A stretch of DNA of 55,341 nt, counting the filler, from Squatina squatina (taxonomy: Eukaryota), in NCBI GenBank assembly GCA_031763465.1. It is 2 parts of 2 records of this genome, joined end to end, with 100 filler letters (N's around TTAATTAATTAA, not from the genome) between each part and the next. Parts side by side here need not be neighbours in the genome. Positions count along the whole stretch, not along the records: positions 1 to 23,992 come from JARFOE010000001.1; positions 24,093 to 55,341 come from JARFOE010000189.1. One strand, given 5' to 3'. A program made the translations under genes and the position numbers. Every line of letters begins with the position of its first letter. Positions within the stretch are counted from its first letter, which is position 1. The notes beneath the pieces are model-generated. The model worked only from the letters and a program-made list of their open reading frames with translations. It made no database searches and had not been told where the DNA came from. Below, one piece after another: positions 11,776 through 24,349 of this stretch.

Positions 11776-13327
11776 NNNNNNNNNNNNNNNNNNNNNNNNN
11801 NNNNNNNNNNNNNNNNNNNNNNNNNNNNNNNNNNNNNNNNNNNNNNNNNNNNNNNNNNNNNNNNNNNNNNNNNNNCCAGGCCTCAATTATACATCTTCTA
11901 GTGCCCAGTATAGGTCAAGACCTAGGAGTTGGTCAGTGGTACATAGTCTCAGTTGGGGAATAGTATGGAGAGAACTTAAAATGAAAAAAAATGCTATTTA
12001 AAAATGTGATTCTGTTTTCCTCCTCCTAATTCCCAGCTTCAACATCAACTGAAACTGAGGTATAAATTACACATTAAGTATTTAATGGTCAGAGATAAGT
12101 AATGGTAGCATGCAAATGTATTTATTTGTCCTGATAGATCATTTAGTATTAGTAATGCAAACAGTTGTTCTACATTTTGTACCAGAAGTAGATCAAAATG
12201 CAAATGAATGTGGCTTTCAGATCTCCTTTAGTTACGAAGGTGACATAGCTGCTTTTAGCTTCAGTTGCATTTTTTGAGAGATTGCATCTGTTCTCATGGC
12301 CTTGGTGTGCTTGCTCCCACACATTCTCTGTTACCAGCAGCAATGAGCGTAGGGGTTGATGAGACAAAATGCTAGCTACAGTATAAGGTCATTTATTTAT
12401 TGATCTTTTNNNNNNNNNNNNNNNNNNNNNNNNNNNNNNNNNNNNNNNNNNNNNNNNNNNNNNNNNNNNNNNNNNNNNNNNNNNNNNNNNNNNNNNNNNN
12501 NNNNNNNNNGTGGGTATTCAGCAAGCAACTGCAAGTGTTCGGCTTAACTCATTCTCTAGTTAGCGTACATAGCTAAAATGTCTTCAGTTCATTTGAGCTA
12601 TTGGGCAGTTTTAACACTCCAGCAACAAGAATGTCCCTTCTTATTTTTCAGTCATTCACATTCTTTGAAAGTTCTTTTTCCCATTTGTGAAACCTGATCT
12701 TGTACAGTAAAGCGACATTTGGATGATTAGATTGTTTAATGAGTACCAGCTGAAGTTTAATGCACTGAAAATACAATTTGTGGAAGTACAGCTGGAATGT
12801 CTTGAATAAATCTTAATTGCTGTTTCTCGAATTACCACAAACGTACGTTGCTCTCTGAGCGTATATTTTGAAACTCAGCCTCATACACACCATTTATTAA
12901 ATTTACTTAATTCAAAATAGAAATCGAAGCAAAGCAAACAAAATTTCCCGAAGTTCCCGTCAAGTAACACTTTTATCCCGTTATCTCTGACATTGCAAAA
13001 CATAGCCACTTAGTCGCAGGCATAATATTACTGCTAATTGAAACACAGATCTAAAATTATTTTTGAAAAGTTCTGTTAAGTGAGTGCCAATGACTGGGCT
13101 GCAGACAAAATTGTTAAAGCCGAGAATGTCTGAATAAAATGTAGATTTAAATCTTGTTTACTGAAAAGACTGGTGCTGACAGCTCAATTATCATTTATTT
13201 TGGTCTCTTGGCTAACCGAGACATAAATACTTTTTTGTCGCCTTGTCTCGCATGATGCCGGTCCTATTTTTGTATTTATTTTGCAAAGTGTGATCAGCCT
13301 ATTCTTTTCTTCCTATGTCTTATCTAG

Positions 13328-14030
13328 CTCATTTAATGACAAAAATTGGTGTTCGAGCAAATTTGTGCCGGTACTCCTATGCCCCTGGAAATGCAGCAAA
13401 AATAATCAGCGTTGGGTTGATAGGAGAACAAGTGAGGAATGTGATTTTCAAAACACTTTGACCAGCAACCTTGTAGAAAAGCCAGGCACAGAACTGCCTC
13501 GAGAGTTCTTAAGCCAATTTACAGTTAATGATCCTGGTGGACGCTTGGGACCTGTACGTGATTTCTCCTTAGAGTCCNNNNNNNNNNGGATTCTTTCCTC
13601 CCTTCTGGAATGGAGGTTACAATGGTTTTCCTCAGCTTGTGGAACACCAAGATGTGGACCAGCTGCCTCTTAACCTAGTAGTGAAGAAGGAAAAGATCAA
13701 GGAGGAGGTCAAGGAGGATCTGCCTTCAACCACAAGTTTTTGTGACTTTTTTAAAGGTATTATGGTGGAAAACAGCCGGAATAACCTTGGAACATTAAAG
13801 GAAGAGCTAGACTTTAATTCCTATCTGAATATACTAGGTCCTTCCTATTTGGCAGCAGTCTATCCAACTTGGCCTTTGGAATATGAGAAAAAGATGAGAC
13901 CCAAGGCATCTCAGCAGTGCCCTATTTGCAACAAAGTGATCCAGGGAGCAGGGAAGTTACCACGACACATGCGGACACATACAGGGGAGAAACCATACAT
14001 GTGCAATATATGTGAAGTCCGTTTTACCAG
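13328..14030 (+). CDS. ZBTB7C: ZBTB7C exon: linker region, C2H2 finger 1 and first half of finger 2 (5' boundary inferred; internal 10-N gap)
   Basis: [88 protein letters not shown]|gttagc matches ZBTB7C. Synteny with CTIF and SMAD2 favours 7C over 7A/7B. The frame change at 13578-13587 is due to the placeholder gap. Confidence 0.9.
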
Positions 14031-14904
14031 GTTAGCAGCAGTTAATTTTTGTTGTCCATTCCTGTCTAGGTATATGGGTTTGTAATAATTGTAGTAAATC
14101 ACCACTGACTCAGCATCCAGCACCACATGTCGTCCTACATGGAGATTATCATAGTGTCTTAATCATTCAAATATGAAGGTTTAGCGTTTGTGGAAGAAAA
14201 AGTCTGATTCTATGTGCAAGTCAGTTGAATGCTAGTTTTCTTAATGAGATGGATAAGATGCACATACAAGATTTTTCTGAACATAACCTGGAGTATTCCT
14301 TTAATGTTAAACCAATACAGCCAAGCTTACTGCTGATGTGGCAGTTTTTCTTCTCCCCACTTAGGCAAGATGCTCCACTGTCTTGCCAACCTCACCTAGC
14401 AGCTTTCTTGAGATCTGACAATGCTCCTCGTAAGTGCTTTGTTGGCCAGAGTTAGAACTCAAGGTGTTGACCACAGGGATTAGAAACAATCATTTTAATG
14501 ATTTCTTCACTTGGGTATGTGACCAAGTTCTTTTATTTATCCACTCTAATGTTAATCCCAAATTGCTTAATTCAGATGATCTGATAATTTAATTTTTGTA
14601 GCTCTAAATTCTCACTTGTATTATTTACATGCTTAGGTCAAATTATTGATAATTCATTTTTAGCACAAGAACATAGACAATAATTAACAGTAGACTGTAT
14701 AATATTTTTAAGTTGATACACTGCAAGTTGGTACACCAAGTAGACAATGTAATGGCATACATAGCTGTATATTAAAAGTGCACCTGAATATGACTTTAAA
14801 GTTGATTTTTAAACTGTAACCATTTCAAAGGGACCACCCTTTCAGTCTCTGAGATCTGAATCTGTAAATTTGTTAAAGGTGGAGCATAGTACCAAAGTAT
14901 TCCT

Positions 14905-15086
14905 TGAGGTTGAATATAGGACTAATCGACCCAATTTCTCTTCGTATGTCAGTCCTGCCATCCCAGGAATCAGTCTGGTAAACCTTTGTTGCACTCCCTC
15001 CATGGCAAGAATATCCTTCCTCAATTAAGGAGACCAAAACTGCACACAATACTGCAGTTGTGGTCTCACCAAGGCCCTATATAATT
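14905..15086 (-). mobile_element. CR1 LINE ORF2 C-terminal fragment
   Basis: RKDILAMEGVQQRFTRLIPGMAGLTYEEKLGRL is the typical CR1 post-RT motif. Confidence 0.9.
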
Positions 15087-15199
15087 NNNNNNNNNNNNNN
15101 NNNNNNNNNNNNNNNNNNNNNNNNNNNNNNNNNNNNNNNNNNNNNNNNNNNNNNNNNNNNNNNNNNNNNNNNNNNNNNNNNNNNNNAGATGAGCAGGGA

Positions 15200-15358
15200 G
15201 TTTTTTTTTATTTGTTCTTGGGATGTGGGCGTCGCTAGCAAGGCCAGCATTTATTGCCCATCCCAAGTTGCCTTTGAGAAGGTGGTGGTGAGCCACCTTC
15301 TGGAACCACTGCCATCCTTGTGGTGAAGTTACTCCCACAGTGCTGTTAGGGAGTTCCA
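15200..15358 (-). mobile_element. 3' end of a CR1/L2-group LINE
   Basis: Reverse strand reads NSLTALW/..QWFQKVAHHHLLKGN, followed by the gggcaataaatgctggcc tail and an A-rich end. Confidence 0.75.
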
Positions 15359-15869
15359 GTTCTTTCAGTGTCTTTCCTTATTCTGTCTGTGGGATGTTGC
15401 TCATGCAGGTTAGATGCTATGTTTGGCTACAGTGCAGCAGCCTTACCGACGGGACCAGAGGCAATGGCAGATGCTGGGATTCAGAGCACATTCCCCTCCC
15501 ATAAAAATACGATGCTCAGACTATTTACAGGACTGGCTGCTACCACTTAAAATCGAGAGGGACTAAATTTGTAACATTCATCAGTGAAAACATGCCAAGA
15601 AAAGTATTATCTAATTTTAGAACTTTTGTGCTGAGCAGAGTGATAAGATGTGCTCACCTGGTGTCCAAAGAGAAAAGCTTTCCAGCAAGGCTGACTGGAC
15701 AGCGACTGGGGGAGGGAACCCCTCCCCGCCACAGAAGTATTGCAGCTACTTATAGAAGCTTATAGTCACCCAGCCCAAGATAAACTGACTCAGTCAGCAC
15801 AGACTAGGAACTCTATTCTAGTTCATTGTGTTTCTCTCTGTGATGTCATGTTATTTCCTCTGTTTTCAG

Positions 15870-16506
15870 ACAAGACAAGCTGAAGATTAACATGCGAAAG
15901 CATACCGGGGAAAGACCCTATACGTGCATTCNNNNNNNNNNNNNNNNNNNNNNNNNNNNNNNNNNNNNNNNNNNNNNNNNNNNNNNNNNNNNNNNNNNNN
16001 NNNNNNNNNNNNNNNNNNNNNNNNNNNNNNNNNNNNNNNNNNNNNNNNNNNNNNNNNNNNNNNNNNNNNNNNNNNNNNNNNNNNNNNNNNNNNNNNNNNN
16101 NNNNNNNNNNNNNNNNNNNNNNNNNNNNNNNNNNNNNNNNNNNNNNNNNNNNNNNNNNNNNNNNNNNNNNNNNNNNNNNNNNNNNNNNNNNNNNNNNNNN
16201 NNNNNNNNNNNNNNNNNNNNNNNNNNNNNNNNNNNNNNNNNNNNNNNNNNNNNNNNNNNNNNNNNNNNNNNNNNNNNNNNNNNNNNNNNCTTCATCAGCG
16301 AAGCAGCAGCAAAGGAAAGAGAAAGCTCCATGGCTAACATGCTGAACGGGAACCATATCGTAGATGAAAGGGACAGAGGCATCTTTGCTTTTACCCTGTC
16401 CCACAACAATACTTTCTCTCACCTACCCCGACAGTACTATTCAACAGGTGATCCATGGGGCATGCGCTTTAACCCTGCTGCCTCTATTCAGGAGGCTAGT
16501 AATTAA
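15870..16506 (+). CDS. ZBTB7C: ZBTB7C last coding exon (middle hidden in a 358-N gap)
   Basis: ttttcag|A-QDKLKINMRKHTGERPYTCI...FAFTLSHN...DPWGMRFNPAASIQEASN-TAA. Human ends ...ASMSEANN. The frame is preserved across the gap. Confidence 0.93.
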
Positions 16507-17162
16507 AGAAACAGAAGAGTAGGTTTGAAAGAAAAAAAAAATTACCGACTTGCACCGAACTGCCATTCCATAGACTAGCGTGTACTTTCTGAACATGAAA
16601 ATGAAACAAAATCCACGTGTAAAATTTGTATGTGTAAAACATCTTTAAACAAATAATTTTACAGACCACTGAATGATCTTGAAATTGATCTATTATATAA
16701 AGTAATTGTATTTAAACAAAAAAAATCCAAAGAAGTTGAGTACTGTAGCCTACACGAACTTGAAACTGCCTTTCCTTTGCTGATGTTTTGTGGGAGATGT
16801 GTTGTAATTATTTTTGTATATGTAACGTACTTCATACCACTCCTTTCTCTTCAGTAACTCAGATGAGTTTGCCTTGGCATTAAAAGGAGACATCAACATT
16901 GGCTCGTTCATTAGTGCAAAATAACAAAGTTTTCTCAGCTGTGTATCATCGGTTAGGTTGCTGGATTTGTATTTGTTTTTATTATTTAACTAAAAATTCC
17001 CCCAAGTTATTCATAAATGAAGGAATTGGATAATTTCTGATTATTATAAGCTGCCTAAAAGTATGTATGTACAATTTAATGTGCAAAGGCCCTCTCCCTA
17101 TTCCAATGTAGGGAAGGTAGTACTCAGTAGTTTAAATTAATATTTAATCTCCGATAGACTAA

Positions 17163-17401
17163 GGGGGCCTATTGGTTAGTTGGCGTAGGCGCAGAATGAG
17201 CACCAAACGGGCATTAGGGGAGCAACGCCTATTTCTGGCACCAGTTTGCTCCGCTGCAGAATTCGCATCGGAGCAGTGTCAGCGCCAAATGGGCGCTTGC
17301 ACAGGAGCGCTAGAAACTTGGCGTTGGCTGGTGTCCATGATGTCAAGAGGCGCAACGCCCAAAATGGCTGCCACGCATAGAATTGGCTAGCGCTGAAAAC
17401 C
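17163..17401. mobile_element. GGCGC-rich MITE-like element end (truncated by gap)
   Basis: Abrupt GC/CpG-rich segment starting gggggcctattggttagttggcg in AT-rich context. A loosely complementary end occurs at about 53931-54211. Confidence 0.5.
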
Positions 17402-18847
17402 NNNNNNNNNNNNNNNNNNNNNNNNNNNNNNNNNNNNNNNNNNNNNNNNNNNNNNNNNNNNNNNNNNNNNNNNNNNNNNNNNNNNNNNNNNNNNNNNNNN
17501 NAATTTCTCCATCTCAGTCATGAATGGCCTACCCCTTATTCTGAGATTGTGACCCCCTTGTCTGCAAAGTAACTGCCTGGAGCAGAGTTTACATTATTTG
17601 CGAAGTATAATTGTCTTGAATGCTGAATATAATAAATTTTTAACACTACTGTGCTCCACACTTGCTGAAGATGCTCAGTCTTTGAATCCCACTGCCAATT
17701 TATATATTTGATTGTGTTTCTATTTGTGTATATAGAATTTGAATACATAAATATTTGCTTTCTGAAGCTGTGGCATTCCTTTGATACTGTGCTTGCATAA
17801 GACTCTCTCTGCACTCAATGTTTGGAGAAGTTCTAAAATGTTGAGATGTTCTAGAAATGCAAGTATTTTTATTATAATGTATTTTTTTATAGTGGAGTTT
17901 CTTCACATTGGTTTCAATGCTGCCTTCAATTAAAAAAAAATTGAAGATGTGGACGTTATTTTTTTTTAAACTTTTATGTACAGCAGAGTTGGAAGGTCAT
18001 GAAACAGAATAATTCAAATTTCTGAAAGGAACAGTCATCTGGAGTACTTTGCCTGCAGAACAATATCAGTGTATCTTGCTTATATATGCCAAGGTTAAGC
18101 TTTTTAAAATTTTAGATGCCATGGTTATGATCTTAAAGTTAAATACATTGGGATTCTCAATGCAGCAATTTATTTATCTGGAATATTTATCTGAAACATA
18201 CATCTTTATACTTATGGTTGAGTTTATTGTGGTCTTGGCTATTGTGTAGTATTCAGATAATACATTTCAAATATATTATTCAGAACTAGCTATTGACAAG
18301 TTGCACCTCATTACTAGTTGCTTAAAATAAGTTGGAAGGTGGGAGAATGTAATGTTACAGTATGAGAGATTTGTTTTGGGAGTTACCTTAACTGACTTGT
18401 GATCTTTGGAAAGGTTTGTGTCTGACCATGGAGCATATGTGTTGGCTTTGAACAGAGGCTGGGTGATTCATATACATTTAAATCTATGATTGTGTCTGTC
18501 AGGTCAAGTGAAATTGTTTATAATGTAGACAGGAAGTTGAGTCATAGTATCTGTGTTGTTACGGTGGTAGCATTAGTAGAGTTCAGCACAAACGCTGACA
18601 AATCTTATATATTACACTTCTTGAAAAAACTGAACCAAACTTTCCCTTTGTTAGGAATTTTATTTTGACAGTCAAATTGTACAACGGCGGCAATAAGCAG
18701 CTTAATTTTTCAAAGGCCTAGTTCTTGATTGTAATTTTTACAGCTCCACACTAGGTAATTGCAAAGTTAATGATGACAACTAAACTTGCCAGTTACTGTT
18801 CACCCCGATTCGCTCCCCACTTTCTTGTTTTTGTCACTACGTTGTTC

Positions 18848-19183
18848 CTTCAATTCTGACCTCTTGCGTGTCCCGATTTTAATCGCTCCACCATTGGCGG
18901 CCGTGCCTTCAGCTGCTTAGGCACTAAGCTCTGGAATTCCCTCCCTAATCCTCTCCCCCTCACTTTCCTCCTTTAAAACGTACCTCTTTGACCAAGNNNN
19001 NNNNNNNNNNNNNNNNNNNNNNNNNNNNNNNNNNNNNNNNNNNNNNNNNNNNNNNNNNNNNNNNNNNNNNNNNNNNNNNNNNNNNNNNNNNNNNNNTGGC
19101 TTGGTGTCCATTCTTATACCTTTGGGCAGTGTGTTGGGATATTTTTCTGCATTAAAGGCACTATTTAAAAGTTTCTTGTTGTA
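18848..19183 (+). mobile_element. L2 LINE 3' end (spans a gap)
   Basis: ccaccattggcggccgtgccttcagc...ctctggaattccctccctaa (GGRAFS..LWNSLP) followed by an L2-type tail. Same family as 24093-24349. Confidence 0.8.
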
Positions 19184-22100
19184 GTTATGGTTGTGATCGT
19201 TTCTTATTGGCTAATATGCAGAAAATGGTTGATTGTGTAAAACACAGCAAGTTCTACAGTACCCAAAATATTTCTCTATATATTAGGATTTCTAGAATGG
19301 CCATTCTCCTTTAACTTAAGGAACAGGCAACAATGAAACAGAAGAAACGCAGCAATGCACTCGAAAGAGAAATCTCCTCATTCTTAGTTGTGAATATTGC
19401 TCAGAGATGTACCCATAATCAGTTGGCATCTCGCTGTTTGGCAGTGCCATATCACATGGCTGAAAATAAAAATGTGAAACTCTTCCCTATTTCTAAAAAT
19501 TTAGGCCGAGGATGTAATAAACCAGGAATTGGTGGAATTTGCACGTTTGTAGAATGCAAGAGGGGAAGAAGAAAATGGCAAAACATTTACCTTATCCGTC
19601 TTTCTTGCACACATACCTCAACTTCTTCCTCCTGCCTTAGTGTCAAAGCCCAATTAACAGAGCAAAACAGCATGATTTACTGCAGAAAGATATAAATTTA
19701 TGATTCACGCATGTTTCTGGAATTAGGCGCCAAGGTCAGACTTGTCATGCTGGTTTCTCAACCCCACTTTTATGATACTATTGTTTTTGAAAAAACAAAG
19801 CACTATTCACAAAATTAATGGTTTCCAGAGGGAAAATGCTTAGCTCAACTTCATACAATTATTAACTAAAGTAATAGAGGGATTTTTTTTTTTAGCCAAA
19901 ATATTAAGATTAGAGTTGGAGAAGGAAAGCCAAAAAAAATCTGTCTTCTATTTGAGAGCTCGCAACTATCAATCTGTATGGAATAAGAGTGGAAAGGAGG
20001 TGACTGTGACTGTTTTGGCAAGGGACCATGAAGAGCATTAGCTGGATGGGGCAGGAAGATCACTGTTGACATTCCTTTGTGTATGCACTATTCATAAATA
20101 GCCGTTTGCTAGTGACTGCGGTAGCTTGTTAATGTGGCGGTCATAAACTGTTTGTCTTGGAGCCATATATCCACCTGTATTTTTATCATGCATTTTTTTT
20201 AAAAGGCTCAAACATTTGATGCCTATTGCTCCAGATCATCTTGCAAAGGGAGCTGGCAAATTTATCACCTACTCTAGGACACAGTATTGATGGTGTCTAC
20301 GTAGGACTCATAAAAGTGCTCAAAGAAGTAGTGCCAGATCGAAATGGAAAAAGCTACTTTGTATACGTGTGGAGAACTTGAATTAAAGGATAAGCTGCGG
20401 TGCACTTTTACAATCAGTCAATTTTATTTTCATGCATGTTGCGATTGCAGTAGAAATTCATAACTTCCCTTGTTTTGTTTTAAAAGGTGAATAACATTTG
20501 AACAAAATTTAATGGCCCTTTTCAATAAATATTATCATTACCTTTAATTCCTTCTTTACTTTGATTATGTTCAATATTTTGTAGTTTTAGGGTGAAGGGT
20601 AAAATATGAAATGTGAAGTGCCTACTTGTTTATCACAGGGTACATTATTTGAATTATGCTTTGTGAAAAATGTGTCATGTTCCTGGCATGCATTGTGGTA
20701 AATCAACCACTATGCAATAAGTTTCCATGGTAAGTTGAACAAATGCATATTCTCCATTTTTTTTCTAATAACTTATTGTTTGAGTGGAACCTTGACATTT
20801 CTTATTTTAAAGAGACTTATTTTTATGTTTGTCTACATGTATGATCCTCCATCAGCTTATCACTACACCATGCCCCATGTTTACCCATTTTTTTTTCTAA
20901 TTTTATGCACAGCACATGCTCTGAAATTTGGGGACTGAGTACACCNNNNNNNNNNNNNNNNNNNNNNNNNNNNNNNNNNNNNNNNNNNNNNNNNNNNNNN
21001 NNNNNNNNNNNNNNNNNNNNNNNNNNNNNNNNNNNNNNNNNNNNNTTCATATATACTAAATTTGTTTGTGATTTGTTCTGGGAAAGTTCGAGTAGAGATT
21101 GCAGACTGCCCTAGTCAGAGTAGAAGGCTACTACGGCATTGGTGGAAGACCAAATTTAAGAATACACAGTTGCTGTACCTTTAGTAAATACAGGATGCTT
21201 GAGTGCAGGAGAATGGGACTAGAGCCTCGGGGAGTGAGACCAAGCCAAAATTACTTTGCTATATTGAGGATTGATGTATTGTAAAGATTACACCATAAAT
21301 GGAAGAAGAATTCAACCTTCAGGAAAGAGGTGATTGTTTAGGAACAAAAAATTCTACTGGATTTTCTAAAAATAAATTCTTATTGTTTGTCTATTCTGCA
21401 GGTTGTAGTGCTTCTGTAAGGATCAAGTTGAGCACTTGAAATCAAGATAGCTTTGGGAAAAATTGGTTCACAATGTCAACTTCATTATAAACTGACACTT
21501 GATTGTGCGTTATTTACATGTGAGACTCTGCCTCACTTGCAAAGCAGCAGTGACCCTCTGTGTCGTATCTTGTACTTTATAACTGTGACTATTGGTGACT
21601 TATNNNNNNNNNNTATTACTGTGGGTTGAAGGTTTTCACAGTTTAGTCCCGTCCTGTCCATGTATACTTCCAGCAGGACACTAATGGTGGAACACAAACT
21701 AAACGCAGATTAGTTTTCATCTACTTTGTCTCTTCCCTTCTCCCCACCCCGCAGAAACATCTAAGGATCCTGGGCTAATTGTCCAGTCATAGGGATCAGA
21801 CCTGAGACTTTCATTGCTTAGAACTGCAGGGAGAGGGGGGACAAGATTTTGCTGTTTTATACCACATTTACTTCACTATGGGTGTAAACTTGGTATGCAA
21901 ATTGTAGTATAATGCCATTAAATCAACGGCTGAATTCATTGATAGAGATAATCAACCCGTAATAACAAAGAATAACATTTTTTAATAATCCAGAATGTAT
22001 ATTTTGGAACATAGGAAATAGGAGCAGTAGGAGGTCATAACAGCCTCTCGAGCCTGCTCCTCAATTCAACTTACTTGCCCTATCTCCATATCCCTTTAGT

Positions 22101-22909
22101 AACTACACATCATTCTGTTAAAACATTCTGGTGCTATTTCTATCCAAGAGCAATATGTTGGAAAGGCTCAACCTGTAGTTAAAACATTGAACATCAGTCT
22201 GATTAATCTTTATCGTCTTTGCCCCATGTGTAAAAAAATGCAGCTTTTTTTGCGAGCGGGTATTGCCGAAGTCATGACAGCCTCTACTTCTTTTACTAAA
22301 AAAAAATGGATATATTCAGTCATTTGAATTAAGCAATGTAAAATAACACGGGATTTTTGCACAATTTCAATTCAAATTAGTATAATTCAAATTAAGCAAC
22401 TTTGAAATTGTAGGCTAACTATTACTAGAGGGTGTCTCACTCATAAGCTGTTCTCTTGCCACAATTAAGAAATATTGTTTAAACCACATCATTGTGGGGA
22501 GAATTTCACAACAGAATAGTGGAGTTCCATTGTTGGCAATTTGTGGCCTTAAAATTTTAATCCTCTGGGAGTCTAAAGACCAGTTGAATTGAAGTAGGCT
22601 ATGTTGATTAGAAACTGCCTGTCTTTTATCTGCATAATTTCGAGTGTTCTGTAGCTTGTTTATAACTAGTTTTCATGCTGCTTATAGGTGAATAACAGAG
22701 AATGGGGAACTGCACTGAATAGTCTCAAGCTTTTCTGACATCTAACAATGTGATGCTCAGTAATAAATATGTTATTTTATATCCAACTGAAAAGTAGATC
22801 AATATTGAGCAATACTAAGAGAGATCTTGTAAAACCTACTTGCTCTTGTGTTAATTATCTCTGCATTTACTTTGAATGCCAGTGTAAGATGTAATTTGCT
22901 ATTTTCTAA

Positions 22910-23068
<159 letters not shown>

Positions 23069-23992
23069 TGAGGAATTAATGGTAATTTTGCAATTTTTGT
23101 TTTCTGTTTCTAAAGTTGATGGCGCACCCTATGGACCTTGGAAGACAATAAAGGGTTTTAACTGTAAATAAAACAGATTCGACATTTCTTTTCACTAATT
23201 CTAACTGAGGAGAAAAAAACTGAAGTAATAAAACTATAGACAAGCAAACTTAATATTAAACTGCAATCTAGCAAAGCTTAATACTGAAAAATAGTAAATG
23301 TTCTTTTATTTCAACAAATTACAAAAGCTGTCAGTGCATTCCCACACACAGAGGTGAGAGAACACACTGTAGACAGCTTCAAGTCTCAAAACTATTTTTT
23401 CCTCTCTTAGCAATAATTTGCTTTTGCAACAAGGATCCTGCACCTGCCAAAAGTCAAAAAGCAGTGTATTTTGCAGAACAGTTTTTCCAAAAAGCTTAGG
23501 GTCATTTAATTCTTGCAATGCCTCAAATTAATCCCTCAAAATACCCTCAAAAGCCCATATTCCAACAGTGCCACCAACCATTCCAGCTTGGTGGTTATCC
23601 CTTTTTGTAAGGCCAACATCTGTCTCAGCTAAAAGCTGCCCTACTAACAAAGCAGATAAGCAGCCTGATGGTCCAAAATTTCTCAGCAACGTCAATCAGA
23701 ACAATTTGAAGGCAAAGGATGTGCCAAGGTATTCCCTGCAATGTGATTGACTGCTGTGCTGCTAATGCCACGTAATCAGTGAACCGCAGGAAGGAAAAAA
23801 AAATCTACTACTGCCAAAGGTTTACACCTGAGAAGTTAAACAATTTTACTCTTTTCAGATTCTGACAATCCTGCTGTGTGTTTTCAGCATTTTCTATTTT
23901 TTAAATACAAGAGGAAGTTCTCAAGTTATATTTCCTAAAAAGAACTGCTGCTGTTGTAGTGAGATACAGCAGATGCCAATGACATTTGCAAT

Positions 23993-24092
23993 NNNNNNNN
24001 NNNNNNNNNNNNNNNNNNNNNNNNNNNNNNNNNNNNTTAATTAATTAANNNNNNNNNNNNNNNNNNNNNNNNNNNNNNNNNNNNNNNNNNNN
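23993..24092. other. Artificial scaffold-joining linker (six-frame stop TTAATTAATTAA at 24037-24048)
   Basis: Exactly 44 N + TTAATTAATTAA + 44 N = 100 nt. Synteny switches across it. Confidence 0.95.
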
Positions 24093-24349
24093 CTCCTCTA
24101 ATTCTGGCCTCTTGAGCAAACCCGATGTTAACCACTCCGCCATTGGTGCCCAGGCCCTACGTTCTGAAATTTCCTCCCTAAACCTCTCTACCCTCCTTTA
24201 AGATGCTCCTTAAAATCTATGACTTTGAACAAGCATCTGCCGTAATACCTCATGTGACTTGGTGTCAAATTCTGTTTGATAACGCTCCTGTGAAGTGCCT
24301 TAGGATGCTTTGCTATATTAAAGTTGCTATATAAATGCAAGTTGTTGTT
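24093..24349 (+). mobile_element. L2 LINE 3' end
   Basis: Similar to 18848-19183; ends gctatataaatgcaagttgttgtt. A reverse copy of the tail is at about 50415-50511. Confidence 0.8.

Noticed and set aside
13578-13587. Frameshift in ZBTB7C
   Set aside because: It coincides with a 10-N placeholder; the human protein has roughly 24 residues at this point, so the gap length is wrong.
21402-21490. Possible SMAD2 first coding exon (strong acceptor, then ATGTCAAC)
   Set aside because: The ATG reads MSTSL-stop, not MSSILPFTPP.
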